From: a bacterium BMS3Bbin03
GTDB lineage: Bacteria > Zhuqueibacterota > JdFR-76 > BMS3Abin05
NCBI GenBank assembly: GCA_002898015.1
Contig: BDTM01000128.1
Coordinates: 74,418 to 138,417 of the forward strand
DNA length: 64,000 nucleotides
Direction: 5' to 3'
Positions 39,597 to 50,605 of this stretch are shown one piece after another; position 1 is the first letter of the stretch; every line of letters begins with the position of its first letter. Under the pieces are notes generated by a model, which searched no databases, was not told where the DNA came from, and worked only from the letters and a program-made list of their open reading frames with translations. The translations under genes were made by a program, and so were the position numbers.

Positions 39597-40994
39597 ATGG
39601 ATGAAAAACAGACAATTACAGCTATTTCGACGCCGGCGGGCAGTGGCGGAATTGCGGTCATCCGGTTAAGCGGGAGAAACGCTCTTGAAATAGCGCGGAA
39701 GATTTTTAAGGGGCGGGCGGCGCTGAAAGATGCGGCATCCCATACGGCACATTTTGGAACCATTGTCAATCCAAAGACAAAGGAACCGCTGGATCAGGGT
39801 GTTTTTACCGTTTTCCGGGCGCCGCATTCGTACACGGGGGAGGATGTTGTTGAAATCAGTTGTCACGGGGGCGTATTTGTCACAGAGAAGGTTCTGGAGG
39901 CGTCGCTTGAAGCCGGCGCCAGGCTTGCAGAACCGGGTGAATTTACAAAACGGGCCTTCCTGAACGGCAAACTCGATCTCTCACAGGCGGAAGCCGTTGC
40001 TGATCTTATTCAGGCACGGACGGAAAGAAGCCTTACCGCATCGCTGCAGCAACTCACCGGGAAATTGTACCAAAAAGTGCAAGCCATACGAAAAGGCCTG
40101 ATTGAAATTCTGGGCCTGCTTGAAATCGAATTGGATTTTTCAGAGGAAGACATCGAGCTTATTTCAACCGAAAAACTGCTGAAGCAAATAAAACGCGTCG
40201 AGAAGGATTTGAGAAAAACGATTGTCACGTATGAAAAGGGGCGGTTTTTGCGGGATGGCGTGAAAATGACTATTGTAGGGCGGCCGAATGTCGGAAAATC
40301 AAGCCTGCTGAATCTGCTGCTCGGAAGCGAGCGCGCCATTGTGGATGAAACGCCGGGCACCACGCGCGACGCACTGGAAGCTTTGCTGAATATCGACGGA
40401 ATTTTGTTCCGGATTATCGATACGGCGGGTCTTCGGCAGACGAAGGAGCGTGTGGAAGCAAAAGGGGTCGAGATTGCTCAGTTTCATTTGAAAGAGGCCG
40501 ATCTGATCGTGTTTATTTTTGACAATTGCGACGGATGGACAGAAGCGGATGATTTCGTCTGGCAAAGCGTGGAGGCGGCCATTCGGGAAAAAAAGAGCCG
40601 CGTGTTGATTGTCCGGAACAAAATTGATTTGACGGCAACGGGGAAGGGCACCGGTTTGCCCGAACGGGTGTTAAAAAACACGGTTATTCCCATGTCTGCC
40701 AAAAGGGGCACGGGACTGAAGCATTTTCACAACGCGCTGCAGCGGTTGACGCGTGTCGATGACAATTTAGGTCGACACGAATTTATCATCTCAAATATAC
40801 GCCATGTGAGAGCGATGGCAGACGCGGCAGACGCACTTGCTTCTGCGGAAAAAGCGATTAAAAGCGGGCTCAGCCAGGAGTTTACCGCGGTCGATATCCG
40901 GAGTGCGCTCGACCATTTAGGTGAAATTATCGGCGAAACATCGCCGGAGGATGTGTTGGATTATATTTTTAATAATTTCTGTGTCGGAAAATGA
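39597..40994 (+). CDS. mnmE: tRNA modification GTPase MnmE (TrmE)
   Basis: N-terminal IAVIRLSG, G-domain [16 protein letters not shown] and NKIDL motifs, and the C-terminal CVGK tetrapeptide (FCVGK). Confidence 0.95.
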   Translation: MDEKQTITAISTPAGSGGIAVIRLSGRNALEIARKIFKGRAALKDAASHTAHFGTIVNPKTKEPLDQGVFTVFRAPHSYTGEDVVEISCHGGVFVTEKVLEASLEAGARLAEPGEFTKRAFLNGKLDLSQAEAVADLIQARTERSLTASLQQLTGKLYQKVQAIRKGLIEILGLLEIELDFSEEDIELISTEKLLKQIKRVEKDLRKTIVTYEKGRFLRDGVKMTIVGRPNVGKSSLLNLLLGSERAIVDETPGTTRDALEALLNIDGILFRIIDTAGLRQTKERVEAKGVEIAQFHLKEADLIVFIFDNCDGWTEADDFVWQSVEAAIREKKSRVLIVRNKIDLTATGKGTGLPERVLKNTVIPMSAKRGTGLKHFHNALQRLTRVDDNLGRHEFIISNIRHVRAMADAADALASAEKAIKSGLSQEFTAVDIRSALDHLGEIIGETSPEDVLDYIFNNFCVGK

Positions 40995-42934
40995 CGGATA
41001 ACACGAACAAACCTGAAATGTTCCACGTGAAACATTCGGCGGGCCATTTTTATACCGATTACGATGTCATTGTGATTGGCGCCGGTCACGCCGGTTGTGA
41101 AGCGGCGCTCGCCGCGGGCGGAATGGGTGCAAAAACACTTCTGCTCACGATGAACATTTTTACAATCGCCCAGATGTCCTGTAATCCGGCAATAGGGGGG
41201 TTGGCGAAGGGACATCTTGTGCGGGAGATTGACGCCCTGGGGGGTGTGATGGCCCGGGTGACCGATAAAACCGGCATCCAATTTAGAATGCTCAATCGGT
41301 CAAAAGGCCCCGCGGTTTGGTCGCCGCGGGCGCAGACCGACCGCCTCGCCTACTCGCAGGAAATGCGGCAGGCGCTGGAGCGCCGGGAAAATGTGGACAT
41401 TAAGCAATTGCAGGCGACCGGGCTGCTGGTGGAGAACGGCCGGATCAAAGGCGTTAAAGTGCAGACCGGTGCAAAACTATTTGGGAAAGCGGTCATTCTC
41501 ACGGCAGGTACTTTCCTGAACGGAAAGATTTTTATCGGACTGCAGGCGTTCGACGCCGGACGTGCGGGGGAATTTCCCTCTAGGGGCATTACGGAGGATT
41601 TGGCTGCTCTTGGTTTTGAGACCGGACGGCTAAAAACAGGCACCCCTCCGCGGATCGACGGCCGGAAAGTGGATTTTTCAAAAACAACTCTTCAGCCGGG
41701 CGATGAAATCCCTGTTCCCTTTTCACATCGGACCGAAAAACTGGAGATTGAGCAAATCCCCTGCTATTTAACGTACACAAATTCCGAAACACACCGGATT
41801 CTCGCTTTGGGTCTGGACCGGTCGCCGCTGTACACGGGAATGATCCGCGGTGTGGGACCCAGATATTGCCCGTCGATTGAAGATAAAATTGTTCGCTTTC
41901 ACGACAAAGAGCACCATCAAATCTTTCTTGAACCGGAAGGGAGAGAGACGGCGGAAATGTATGTGAATGGATTCGCCACAAGCCTTCCGGAAGATATTCA
42001 GCTTCAAGCCATTCGAACGATTCCCGGCCTGGAACGCGTGGAAATCACCCGGCTTGGGTATGCGGTCGAATACGATTATTTTCCGCCGACACAGCTCAAA
42101 CCGGGCCTCGAGACCAAGCGGGTTAAGAATCTTTTCTTTGCCGGCCAGATTAACGGGACCTCCGGTTATGAAGAGGCGGCGGCACAGGGAATCATGGCCG
42201 GAATTAATGCGGTTCTGAGCATTCGGGAAGAAGAGCCGTTTATCCTGAACCGGTCAGAGGCCTACACCGGTGTGCTGATTGACGATCTGGTGACCAAAGG
42301 GACAAAAGAGCCGTACCGCATGTTCACGTCCCGTGCCGAATACAGGTTGATTCTCCGCCAGGACAATGCGGATCTTCGTCTGATGGATTACGGGCGGAAA
42401 TACGGACTTTTGCCTGCAGAAGTGCACCGGAGAATGACCGCCAAGAGAGAATTGATTCGCGAACTCATCGAATTTCTTCAAAAAAAGAAGATCGCCCCGG
42501 AGGAGATTAATCCCATTATTCGGAAGCGGGGCGGAAATGAATCGGCCAAAGTGGATTCGTTGTACAATTACCTGAAACGTCCCGAGATTGAAATTGATGC
42601 GCTTCGTCCCTGGCTTGGGAGATTCCCTCTGGAGGGCCGCATTGGAAAAGAAGCGTTGGAGCAGGTCGAAATCGACATAAAATACGAAGGTTACATTCAT
42701 CGTCAGCAGGAACAGGTTGATCGGTTTCGCCGAATGGAAAGTAAACGAATTCCTGATAATTTCGATTACGGTGTCATCTCGTCGCTCTCTTCCGAAGGGC
42801 GGGAAAAATTGAGGAAGATTCGTCCGCGCTCCATCGGCCAGGCCTCCCGCATTTCAGGGGTGTCTGTTTCAGATGTTTCGATTCTCATGATTTTTCTCTC
42901 CCGCAGCGAACGAAAGACCGCCCCGGTCCGGTAA
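40991..42934 (+). CDS. mnmG: tRNA uridine 5-carboxymethylaminomethyl modification enzyme MnmG (GidA)
   Basis: FAD-binding [16 protein letters not shown]. 647 aa. ATGA overlap with the mnmE stop. Confidence 0.95.
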   Translation: MTDNTNKPEMFHVKHSAGHFYTDYDVIVIGAGHAGCEAALAAGGMGAKTLLLTMNIFTIAQMSCNPAIGGLAKGHLVREIDALGGVMARVTDKTGIQFRMLNRSKGPAVWSPRAQTDRLAYSQEMRQALERRENVDIKQLQATGLLVENGRIKGVKVQTGAKLFGKAVILTAGTFLNGKIFIGLQAFDAGRAGEFPSRGITEDLAALGFETGRLKTGTPPRIDGRKVDFSKTTLQPGDEIPVPFSHRTEKLEIEQIPCYLTYTNSETHRILALGLDRSPLYTGMIRGVGPRYCPSIEDKIVRFHDKEHHQIFLEPEGRETAEMYVNGFATSLPEDIQLQAIRTIPGLERVEITRLGYAVEYDYFPPTQLKPGLETKRVKNLFFAGQINGTSGYEEAAAQGIMAGINAVLSIREEEPFILNRSEAYTGVLIDDLVTKGTKEPYRMFTSRAEYRLILRQDNADLRLMDYGRKYGLLPAEVHRRMTAKRELIRELIEFLQKKKIAPEEINPIIRKRGGNESAKVDSLYNYLKRPEIEIDALRPWLGRFPLEGRIGKEALEQVEIDIKYEGYIHRQQEQVDRFRRMESKRIPDNFDYGVISSLSSEGREKLRKIRPRSIGQASRISGVSVSDVSILMIFLSRSERKTAPVR

Positions 42935-43650
42935 TGTTTCACGTGGAACAATCACCCCCGGCGGATTGGCTGGCGAACCGGCTTCGAGAACTTTTCGATG
43001 GCCTGGAAAAACTTCAAATCCGGATCTCGGCGCAGCAGCGGGAGCAGTTTTCGATGTATTTGTCGCTGCTCTGGGAAGGGAATCAAAAAGTCAATCTCTT
43101 TTCAAGAAAGGATTTCGATCGGCTGGCAAACCGGCATATTCTGGAGTCGATCGGTTGGGTAAAGCTGTTGAAAATTTCTCTCTCCGGAAATTGTGTGGAT
43201 GTGGGGTCCGGGGCAGGCTTTCCGGGAATTCCTCTGAAAATTGTGTTTCCCGACATAAATCTGGTGTTGATTGAATCGATTGCCAAAAAGGCTCTCTTTT
43301 TAAAAGAAGTGATTCAGAAACTGGGATTGCCGTTCACGACCGTTCTGCGGGAGCGGGCGGAGATTCTGTCCGGACAGGCGGAATATCGCGGGAAATTCAA
43401 TTTTGGCTTTGCACGGGCGGTCTCCAGCCTCTCAAATCTCATTCAATGGACTCGCCCGTTTTTTGTTCCGGGCGGACATCTTTTTTCGATTAAAGGGGGG
43501 AATCTTGCCTCAGAAATAAAGCCCCTCGACGTATTAGTCCGACAGAAGAAAATAAAATTGAAAATTTACGATTATTTTATAAATTTTACTGCAGATCCGG
43601 ACTTGTTTGTGAACAGAAAGATTGTGGACGTGGAATTTTTGTCTTATTAA
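42934..43650 (+). CDS. rsmG: 16S rRNA (guanine527-N7)-methyltransferase RsmG (GidB)
   Basis: The WNQKVNL-like region (WEGNQKVNLFS) and the SAM motif DVGSGAGFPGIPLKI. TAATG overlap with mnmG. Confidence 0.9.
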   Translation: MFHVEQSPPADWLANRLRELFDGLEKLQIRISAQQREQFSMYLSLLWEGNQKVNLFSRKDFDRLANRHILESIGWVKLLKISLSGNCVDVGSGAGFPGIPLKIVFPDINLVLIESIAKKALFLKEVIQKLGLPFTTVLRERAEILSGQAEYRGKFNFGFARAVSSLSNLIQWTRPFFVPGGHLFSIKGGNLASEIKPLDVLVRQKKIKLKIYDYFINFTADPDLFVNRKIVDVEFLSY

Positions 43651-43669
43651 TTGAATAAAGGAAAAACAA

Positions 43670-44596
43670 TTGAAATCGGAAAAAAAATTGTTCGATGAAA
43701 TATCTAATTTGGTAACAGAACAGAGAAATCCCCGGTCGATGGATATCGATTCTAAAACCACGGAAGAAATGCTGCGGATCATAAACGATGAAGACAAAAC
43801 AGTTCCGTTCGCCATCGAAAAGGAGATTCCCTACATTGCCCGGGGAGTCGATCTGATTGCGGATGCCCTTAAAAAGGGGGGACGGCTTTTTTATATCGGC
43901 GCCGGCACCAGCGGTCGACTGGGCGTGCTGGATGCTTCAGAAATTCCACCCACGTATGGGGCCGATCGGGAAATGGTGCAGGGGATCATCGCCGGAGGCA
44001 CCAAGGCGCTTGTCGAGGCGCAGGAAGGCGCTGAGGATATCGAAGAAGACGGCGCCCGGGATTTAAAGGCAAAAAACATCTCGGCCAAAGATGTTGTGTG
44101 CGGGATTGCGGCGAGCCGGCGAACGCCTTACGTGATCGGCGCCGTTAAATATGCCCGGTCTATCGGCGCAAAAACGCTCTACGTGACTTGTACGCCGAGG
44201 CACGAGATGACACTTCCGGTCGATGTGGCCATTTGTCCGGTGGTCGGCCCTGAGGTTGTAATGGGCTCCACACGGATGAAAGCCGGGACGGCGACAAAGT
44301 TGGTGCTCAATATGTTGACCACGGCGGCGATGATTAAGCTCGGCAAGGTGTATGAAAATATGATGGTCGACCTGCAGATGAACAGCCAAAAGCTCATTGA
44401 GCGCTCCAAACGGACGCTCATCATTGTGACCGGGGTCGACTACGAGGCGGCGGCTCGATATCTTGAAGCGGCAGAGGGGCATGTGAAGACGGCCATTGTC
44501 ATGATTAAGGCGGGGGTTTCTAAAGAAGAGGCCCGGAAAAGATTGCAGATGACGGAAGGCAATGTGCGTCGGGCCATCGAAGTTAATCCATTGTAA
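43670..44596 (+). CDS. murQ: N-acetylmuramic acid 6-phosphate etherase
   Basis: SIS domain GGRLFYIGAGTSGRLGVLDASE. The MurQ-typical C-terminal motif is present. Confidence 0.85.
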   Translation: MKSEKKLFDEISNLVTEQRNPRSMDIDSKTTEEMLRIINDEDKTVPFAIEKEIPYIARGVDLIADALKKGGRLFYIGAGTSGRLGVLDASEIPPTYGADREMVQGIIAGGTKALVEAQEGAEDIEEDGARDLKAKNISAKDVVCGIAASRRTPYVIGAVKYARSIGAKTLYVTCTPRHEMTLPVDVAICPVVGPEVVMGSTRMKAGTATKLVLNMLTTAAMIKLGKVYENMMVDLQMNSQKLIERSKRTLIIVTGVDYEAAARYLEAAEGHVKTAIVMIKAGVSKEEARKRLQMTEGNVRRAIEVNPL

Positions 44597-44610
44597 CCCT
44601 TTAAAATAGA

Positions 44611-47600
44611 GTGTCTGTATTCGTGTTTAATCACTTTTTAGAGAAATACAAAAATAGCGGTTTCTTTCAAAAATCATTGAATTCATTGTCGAAAGAGCGT
44701 TCGCTTTCAATTAAGGGACTACGGGGGAGTTCGCTGTCTTTTTTTACGGCTATTTTGTATAACATACTTAAAACACAAATAGTTATAATTGCACCGGAAT
44801 CCTCCCGGGCGGAATCCCTTTATTCCGATTTAAGATTTCTTCTGGGAGATTCGTTTATTCATTATTATCCCGAGGCTTTTGATGGAAAAGCCGCCTACGC
44901 CCACATTCAGTTTGAAGTCAAAGGGCAGCGCCTTCGCGCCATGGAAAATCTGCTGAACCGGGAAAACGGCATTTTGGTTTCTACAATAAAAGCCGCCTCT
45001 GAAAAGATCCAGTCGCCGGCGCAGTTAAGAGGCACCCGAATTCATATTCAAGCCAACCGGGAGACGGATTTTGACGCATTTATGCAGAACCTGTTTGATT
45101 TTGGGTACGAGCGGGTGGACCTGGTGAGCGGCGTCGGAGAGTTCAGCGTTCGCGGCGGAATCATCGATGTGTTTCCGTATGAAGAAGAAAATCCGGTTCG
45201 GATTGAATTTTTCGGGAATATTGTGGATTCAGTGCGCCGGTTTGACGTCATCACGCAGCGCTCAACCGGCCGGATTAATCAGATGACGCTGTTGCAGCCG
45301 GACGTCAACGGCGAGGCTCATTCTGCGGGCAGTTCGTTGTTTCAATATCTGGGAGAGGATGCCGTTGTCGTGCTGGATCAACCCGAATTGTACGAAAAAA
45401 TTCTCTCCGGAGAACTGTCTCTTTCGGGGGATCCCTTCAAAGAAATTCTGAATGAAAACAACCGCCCGGAGCTCATCGATCTGTCCGGAATCATGGAAGA
45501 CCTGGACGGGAAAATCCTTGTAAAAAATTGCTTTCTCTCTTTTGAAGAAATTCAACAGGACGTGAAAATTATCACGCACGAAAATTTCAAGGGAAACATC
45601 GTTCGGTTGGAAGAATCCATTCGAAATCATCTGAACAAAAAAGAGAATGGAGAGACGGACATTTTTATTTCGCTGGAAGAGGATTTCGAAATTCAGCGCT
45701 TCAGAGAGCTTTTTGAGGAATCCTCCCTTTTGACAAAATCCATTCACATTCAAAAAGGATTTCTGTCTGATGGGTTTTTCTTCCCGGAAGCGGGATTGGC
45801 ACTCTTTACGGAAAAGGATATTTACGGCCGTGCACCCCGCAGAAAACGCTGGGGGAAATACCGCGGCGGAACGCCTGTCCGGGATGTGAATGCGTTATCC
45901 GTGGGGGACGCCGTTGTTCATGAAGATTTTGGGGTCGGAAGATTTCTCGGGCTGGCGCGAATTCAGGTGGCCGGAAACGAGCGGGAAACCCTTCAATTGG
46001 AGTACCGGGATGGCGACAAACTTTATGTTCCCATCGATAAGCTGCAGCGTGTGAAAAAATTTACCGGCCGGGAGGGCTTTCAACCGCAATTAAATAAGCT
46101 GGGCGGCACCGATTGGGAGCGGATTAAAAATCGCACCCAAAAAGCGGTTGAAAAGATGGCTCGTAAACTTATCGATATTTATGCGCTGCGAAAAGCGAAG
46201 ACGGGCTTTTCCTTTTCACCGGACTCGCTGTGGCAAAAAGAGCTGGAAGCCTCTTTCATCTACGACGAAACACAGGATCAGTTGCGGACCATTGAAGAAA
46301 TCAAGCGGGACATGGAATCGCTCATCCCAATGGATCGCCTGGTTTGCGGAGATGTGGGTTTTGGTAAAACAGAAGTGGCGCTTCGGGCGGCGTTTAAAGC
46401 GGCCATGGACAACAAACAGGTGGCGATTTTGGTGCCCACAACGGTTCTGGCACAGCAGCACTACATTACATTCCGTGAAAGGCTTCAGCGCTTTCCCCTA
46501 AAAATCGGTCTCCTCTCGCGGTTTAAATCACAGAGAGAACAAAAGAAGATTGTGGAAGAAGTCCGGCAGGGCAATGTTGATATTTTGATCGGTACGCACC
46601 GCATTTTATCAAAAGATGTTGAATTCAAAGATTTAGGGTTGTTAATTATCGATGAAGAGCACCGTTTTGGTGTGGCTCAAAAGGAACGGCTGAAAGAAAG
46701 ATTTAAACTGGTGGATGTGCTGACGCTCACCGCCACCCCGATTCCGCGCACACTCCATTTTTCGATAATGGGCGCGCGGGACATGTCTGCCATTAACACC
46801 TCTCCGCTGAACCGGCTGCCAATCCTGACCGAAGTCATGCCGTTTGATAAAAAGCTGATTCGATACGCCATCCTGAATGAGGTGCACAGAGGCGGGCAAG
46901 TCTTTTTTGTGCACAACCGGGTGCAGTCAATAGAGGCTGTGGCGGAAATGGTGCAGCGGCTTGTGCCGGAAATTCGATTGCAGGTGGCTCACGGAAAAAT
47001 GCACGGCCATGAATTGGAGAAAGTCATGCTGGCTTTTCTGAACAAAGAGTTCGATTGTCTGGTGTCGACCATGATTATTGAATCCGGGCTGGATTTACCC
47101 AACGTGAATACGCTGATTGTGAACCGGGCGGACAAATTCGGACTGGCACAGCTCTATCAGCTCCGGGGACGGGTGGGACGCTCCAACCGGCAGGCCTACG
47201 CGTATTTTCTGGTTCCGCCGGTGAAATATCTGACCGATTCTGCGCTGCAGAGGCTGCGGACCCTGGAGGAATTTGTGGAATTGGGTTCGGGGCTCAAGGT
47301 GGCGATGAAAGATCTGGAAATCAGGGGGGCCGGAAATTTGCTGGGTGCACAGCAGAGTGGGTACATCAATGTCGTGGGCTTCGACATGTACACGAAATTT
47401 CTGGAGGAAACCGTACGGAAATTGAAGCGTGAAGCGGCGGACGAATCGCCGGAGGAGCCCCAAACGGAAATCGAAACGGAGGTCGATTCCGATTTTGATG
47501 CGCTTATTCCATCAAACTACATTCCTTCGGACATCCTTCGGTTAAACCTGTACCAGCGCATCACGCGGGCCCGCAGGGACGAAGCGCTCCCGGCGTTAAA

Positions 47601-47943
47601 GGAGGAACTTCGGGATCGTTTTGGCCCCGTTCCGGAGGAAGTGCAGAATCTGCTGGCCATGGCGAAACTGCGGATTTTAGCGGCCGATATCGGAATCGAA
47701 AAACTGCGGATTCGAAAGGGGATATTAACGGCTTATTTCTCGGTCTCTGTGTTTCAGGAAGAAAAGAACAAGGAACTTTTGCAAAAGCTCATCGGTAAAA
47801 TCCTCAATTACTCAAGCCAAAAAATAAAATTCTTGAAAGGGAACAAATTTGGTCTTAAATTTGCGTTGGAAGGCACGGCTGAAAAGCAATTTCAGGAAGC
47901 AGAGGACTTTTTAAAAAACGTGCGTTTATTCAGTCGCCAGTAA
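44611..47943 (+). CDS. mfd: Transcription-repair coupling factor
   Basis: 1110 aa. UvrB-homology N-terminus, RNAP-interacting domain, and superfamily-2 translocase motifs (GDVGFGKTEVA, DEEHRFG, QLRGRVGRS). Confidence 0.95.
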   Translation: MSVFVFNHFLEKYKNSGFFQKSLNSLSKERSLSIKGLRGSSLSFFTAILYNILKTQIVIIAPESSRAESLYSDLRFLLGDSFIHYYPEAFDGKAAYAHIQFEVKGQRLRAMENLLNRENGILVSTIKAASEKIQSPAQLRGTRIHIQANRETDFDAFMQNLFDFGYERVDLVSGVGEFSVRGGIIDVFPYEEENPVRIEFFGNIVDSVRRFDVITQRSTGRINQMTLLQPDVNGEAHSAGSSLFQYLGEDAVVVLDQPELYEKILSGELSLSGDPFKEILNENNRPELIDLSGIMEDLDGKILVKNCFLSFEEIQQDVKIITHENFKGNIVRLEESIRNHLNKKENGETDIFISLEEDFEIQRFRELFEESSLLTKSIHIQKGFLSDGFFFPEAGLALFTEKDIYGRAPRRKRWGKYRGGTPVRDVNALSVGDAVVHEDFGVGRFLGLARIQVAGNERETLQLEYRDGDKLYVPIDKLQRVKKFTGREGFQPQLNKLGGTDWERIKNRTQKAVEKMARKLIDIYALRKAKTGFSFSPDSLWQKELEASFIYDETQDQLRTIEEIKRDMESLIPMDRLVCGDVGFGKTEVALRAAFKAAMDNKQVAILVPTTVLAQQHYITFRERLQRFPLKIGLLSRFKSQREQKKIVEEVRQGNVDILIGTHRILSKDVEFKDLGLLIIDEEHRFGVAQKERLKERFKLVDVLTLTATPIPRTLHFSIMGARDMSAINTSPLNRLPILTEVMPFDKKLIRYAILNEVHRGGQVFFVHNRVQSIEAVAEMVQRLVPEIRLQVAHGKMHGHELEKVMLAFLNKEFDCLVSTMIIESGLDLPNVNTLIVNRADKFGLAQLYQLRGRVGRSNRQAYAYFLVPPVKYLTDSALQRLRTLEEFVELGSGLKVAMKDLEIRGAGNLLGAQQSGYINVVGFDMYTKFLEETVRKLKREAADESPEEPQTEIETEVDSDFDALIPSNYIPSDILRLNLYQRITRARRDEALPALKEELRDRFGPVPEEVQNLLAMAKLRILAADIGIEKLRIRKGILTAYFSVSVFQEEKNKELLQKLIGKILNYSSQKIKFLKGNKFGLKFALEGTAEKQFQEAEDFLKNVRLFSRQ

Positions 47944-47964
47944 GGACAAAAGGGAGGCAGGCAT

Positions 47965-49725
47965 ATGTCTTTGATTAAAAGGTCGATTTATGTTAAATTT
48001 GGAGCGGTTTTTGTTTTATTCGGTCTAACGGTTTGGGGGTGCGGTAAGACAAACGAGCCGGTTGCGCGGGTTGGCAACAGTTCTATTACAACGAGCCAGT
48101 TTGAAGAGACGTTTATCAAAAAGCGTTCGATCGATGCGGCTCAGCAGGCGACATTAGCTCAAAAAGAAAATGTCTTGAACGAGATGGTGAACCGCCGTCT
48201 CCAATACTTAGAGGCCGTGGCACAGGGTCTGGACAGGCGCCCGGATTTCCTGAAGAAGAAAAAGGATTTCATTAAACAGACGACTTTCTGGGCAGGCATT
48301 GAAGCGAATGTTATTCCGAGAGTCATTCCTGAAAAAGAGATCAAAAATATCTGGCGACATTCCAACATCAACCTGAAGATTCGTCACATCCTTTTAAAAA
48401 TAGCCCCGAATGCCACTAAAAAGCAAATTGATTCGACACGGGTTCTGGCGGGCGTGATTCTAAAAAAACTGAGAAGCGGAAACGACTTTGTTCAGATGGC
48501 TGAAAAATATTCCGGTGATGAGCGTACGAAAAGATATGGCGGAAATATGGGATATGTGAAATGGGAACAACTGGATCCTAAAATCAGAAACATCGTTTTT
48601 TCTTTGAAACGCTATCAAATTTCAGAGCCGCTTCGCACGGCCGAGGGGTTTGAAATTATTCAGGTACTCCAAAGACGAATTTTTCCGAGAAAGCCGTATG
48701 AATTGGCGCGTGTCCAAATACTAAATACGCTTATGAGGCGAAACACCAGAGCCCTGAACCAGGCTTACATAGCCTATTGGGGTGAATTACAGAAAAAGTA
48801 TAAAGTGGTCTGGTTTGATAAAAATATAAAATTATTGGCGGACAGTTTATATTTTCCGAGACCGAGAAGAACACCAAAGGGATTTGCACCCGATACCAGC
48901 AGCCAGTTTAAAAAACTTTCTCCGAAGCAGATGGATCTTCCCCTTGTAAAATATTCCGAAAAAACATATACCATTAATGCGTTTGCCGATTTGGTGAGCA
49001 CAGGACCCAGTCACAGGACCCGGAAACCCCTTCGCGGCGAAAAAGCGATTCGGAGCATCCTGGATAATATTCTACAGCGGGAAATCATTGCAAAAGAAGC
49101 GCAAAAAAGAGGGTTGGTGAATAAGGAGCGGTACCAGAAACAAATCAGCGATTTTCTGAATCGCCAACTGTACCAGACCATTCGTTCAGAAGAAATCACG
49201 AAAAAAGTGGTCGTTACGGACAGCATGCTGAAGAGATTTTACAAAGAACATCCCGGACTGTACAAAGAGGCGCCCCGGGTGAAGGTGCAGGTCGTTATGG
49301 TTAAAAACAAAGATCTTGCAGATAAGGTTTACCGTCTTGCCCGGAAGGGACAAAACTTTACCCGGTTGGCGGAGAAATACAATCAAATGGCCGGCACGAA
49401 AAAGAGCAAAGGGATGCTGGGCTACATCGGGCAAAATTCGTATGGGCTCATTGGTACCGAAGCCTTTCGCGGAAAAGTGGGTGAGGTACGGGGTCCCTTG
49501 AATCAGGGAAGCAATTATTACGTGCTCAAGATTTTAGCCCGTAAACCTGAACGCCTGAAGACATTTAAGGAGGCGAGGTTTGACGTTGAAAAAGATCTTC
49601 GCGGCCGGTTAACCCGATACAGAGAGAAAGAATGGTTAAATCAATTGCACAAAAAGTTTCCCGTTGTGATTTTCAAGAAAAATCTGGAAAATACGTTTCA
49701 AGAATATTCAACGGAAGGAATTTGA
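47965..49725 (+). CDS. SurA N-terminal domain / parvulin-type peptidyl-prolyl isomerase, secreted
   Basis: Signal peptide, SurA-like chaperone region and PpiC-type rotamase signatures (HILLKIAP..., GGNMGYV, GEVRGP). Confidence 0.65.
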   Translation: MSLIKRSIYVKFGAVFVLFGLTVWGCGKTNEPVARVGNSSITTSQFEETFIKKRSIDAAQQATLAQKENVLNEMVNRRLQYLEAVAQGLDRRPDFLKKKKDFIKQTTFWAGIEANVIPRVIPEKEIKNIWRHSNINLKIRHILLKIAPNATKKQIDSTRVLAGVILKKLRSGNDFVQMAEKYSGDERTKRYGGNMGYVKWEQLDPKIRNIVFSLKRYQISEPLRTAEGFEIIQVLQRRIFPRKPYELARVQILNTLMRRNTRALNQAYIAYWGELQKKYKVVWFDKNIKLLADSLYFPRPRRTPKGFAPDTSSQFKKLSPKQMDLPLVKYSEKTYTINAFADLVSTGPSHRTRKPLRGEKAIRSILDNILQREIIAKEAQKRGLVNKERYQKQISDFLNRQLYQTIRSEEITKKVVVTDSMLKRFYKEHPGLYKEAPRVKVQVVMVKNKDLADKVYRLARKGQNFTRLAEKYNQMAGTKKSKGMLGYIGQNSYGLIGTEAFRGKVGEVRGPLNQGSNYYVLKILARKPERLKTFKEARFDVEKDLRGRLTRYREKEWLNQLHKKFPVVIFKKNLENTFQEYSTEGI

Positions 49726-50603
49726 TGCGCCGTTTTAAACTGTTTTTCTTCCCGGTCACGCTCCTGCTGATTTTTTTTAATTGCTCGGGATCGCATGAAA
49801 ATAGATCGAAAGACATGATTGTGGCTCAGGTGGGAAAATCCATCCTGTGGAAATCAGAGATCGACCGGGACGTTCCGAGAAATCTGTCGAGGAATATTAA
49901 CCTTGATGAAAAGAAAAATTACGTGCGCCGCTGGATTAATACCGAGCTTCTCAGCCAGGAAGCCGAAAGGCGGGGGTACGATCATCTGCCGGGAATCCGG
50001 GCGGAACTCAAACGGGTGGATAAATCACTGCTGGCGAACAAACTTCTGGAAAAAGAGCTTCCTGAAAAACCGGTTATTTCGGAAGCCGAAGCAAAAGATT
50101 ATTACGCAAAGAATAAAAGGAGTTTTGTTCGAAATAAAAATGAAATTCGCCTGGCGTTTATTTTGCTGACGACCCGAAAAGAGGCGGGTAATTTAATCAA
50201 GCGTCTGCGTAAGGGGGAATCCTTCCGCAAAATAATTCAAAAGGGCTTTCCGGTCAGGCGGGATCCGACGGAATGGGATACGGGCTATATTCCGGAGACC
50301 GAGGTTTCGGCGGATTTTGCCAAAGCAGTGAAGCGTGTCAGGATTGGCGGGATAGTGGGGCCGGTAAAATCAGATGCGGGTTTTTATGTCCTTCAGGTTC
50401 TGGATCGAAAAAAAGCGGGCACGCCTCGAACCTATAAAGAAGTGCATGCCAAAATTTTCGCGCTGCTGCGAGAAGAGAAAATGAGAGAACTTTACCATCA
50501 ATATATTAACTCATTGAAAAACAAGCAAAAAATTATTATGAATTTGAAAGCACTTGAAAGCACCCAAAAAGATACCATTAAGACCATAAAAGAAGGGATG
50601 TAA
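49725..50603 (+). CDS. Parvulin-type PPIase lipoprotein (SurA-like, short)
   Basis: Start at ATG 49725 (MRRFKLFFFPVTLLLIFFNCSGS), which has a lipobox Cys. Parvulin-like core. TGATG overlap with the upstream gene. Confidence 0.6.
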   Translation: MRRFKLFFFPVTLLLIFFNCSGSHENRSKDMIVAQVGKSILWKSEIDRDVPRNLSRNINLDEKKNYVRRWINTELLSQEAERRGYDHLPGIRAELKRVDKSLLANKLLEKELPEKPVISEAEAKDYYAKNKRSFVRNKNEIRLAFILLTTRKEAGNLIKRLRKGESFRKIIQKGFPVRRDPTEWDTGYIPETEVSADFAKAVKRVRIGGIVGPVKSDAGFYVLQVLDRKKAGTPRTYKEVHAKIFALLREEKMRELYHQYINSLKNKQKIIMNLKALESTQKDTIKTIKEGM

Positions 50604-50605
50604 TT

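Noticed and set aside
42766-42951. 61-aa minus-strand ORF starting MFHVKH.
   Set aside because: It is an artefact of the palindromic 16-mer at the rsmG start read from the other strand (TTG start). It is entirely antisense to mnmG.
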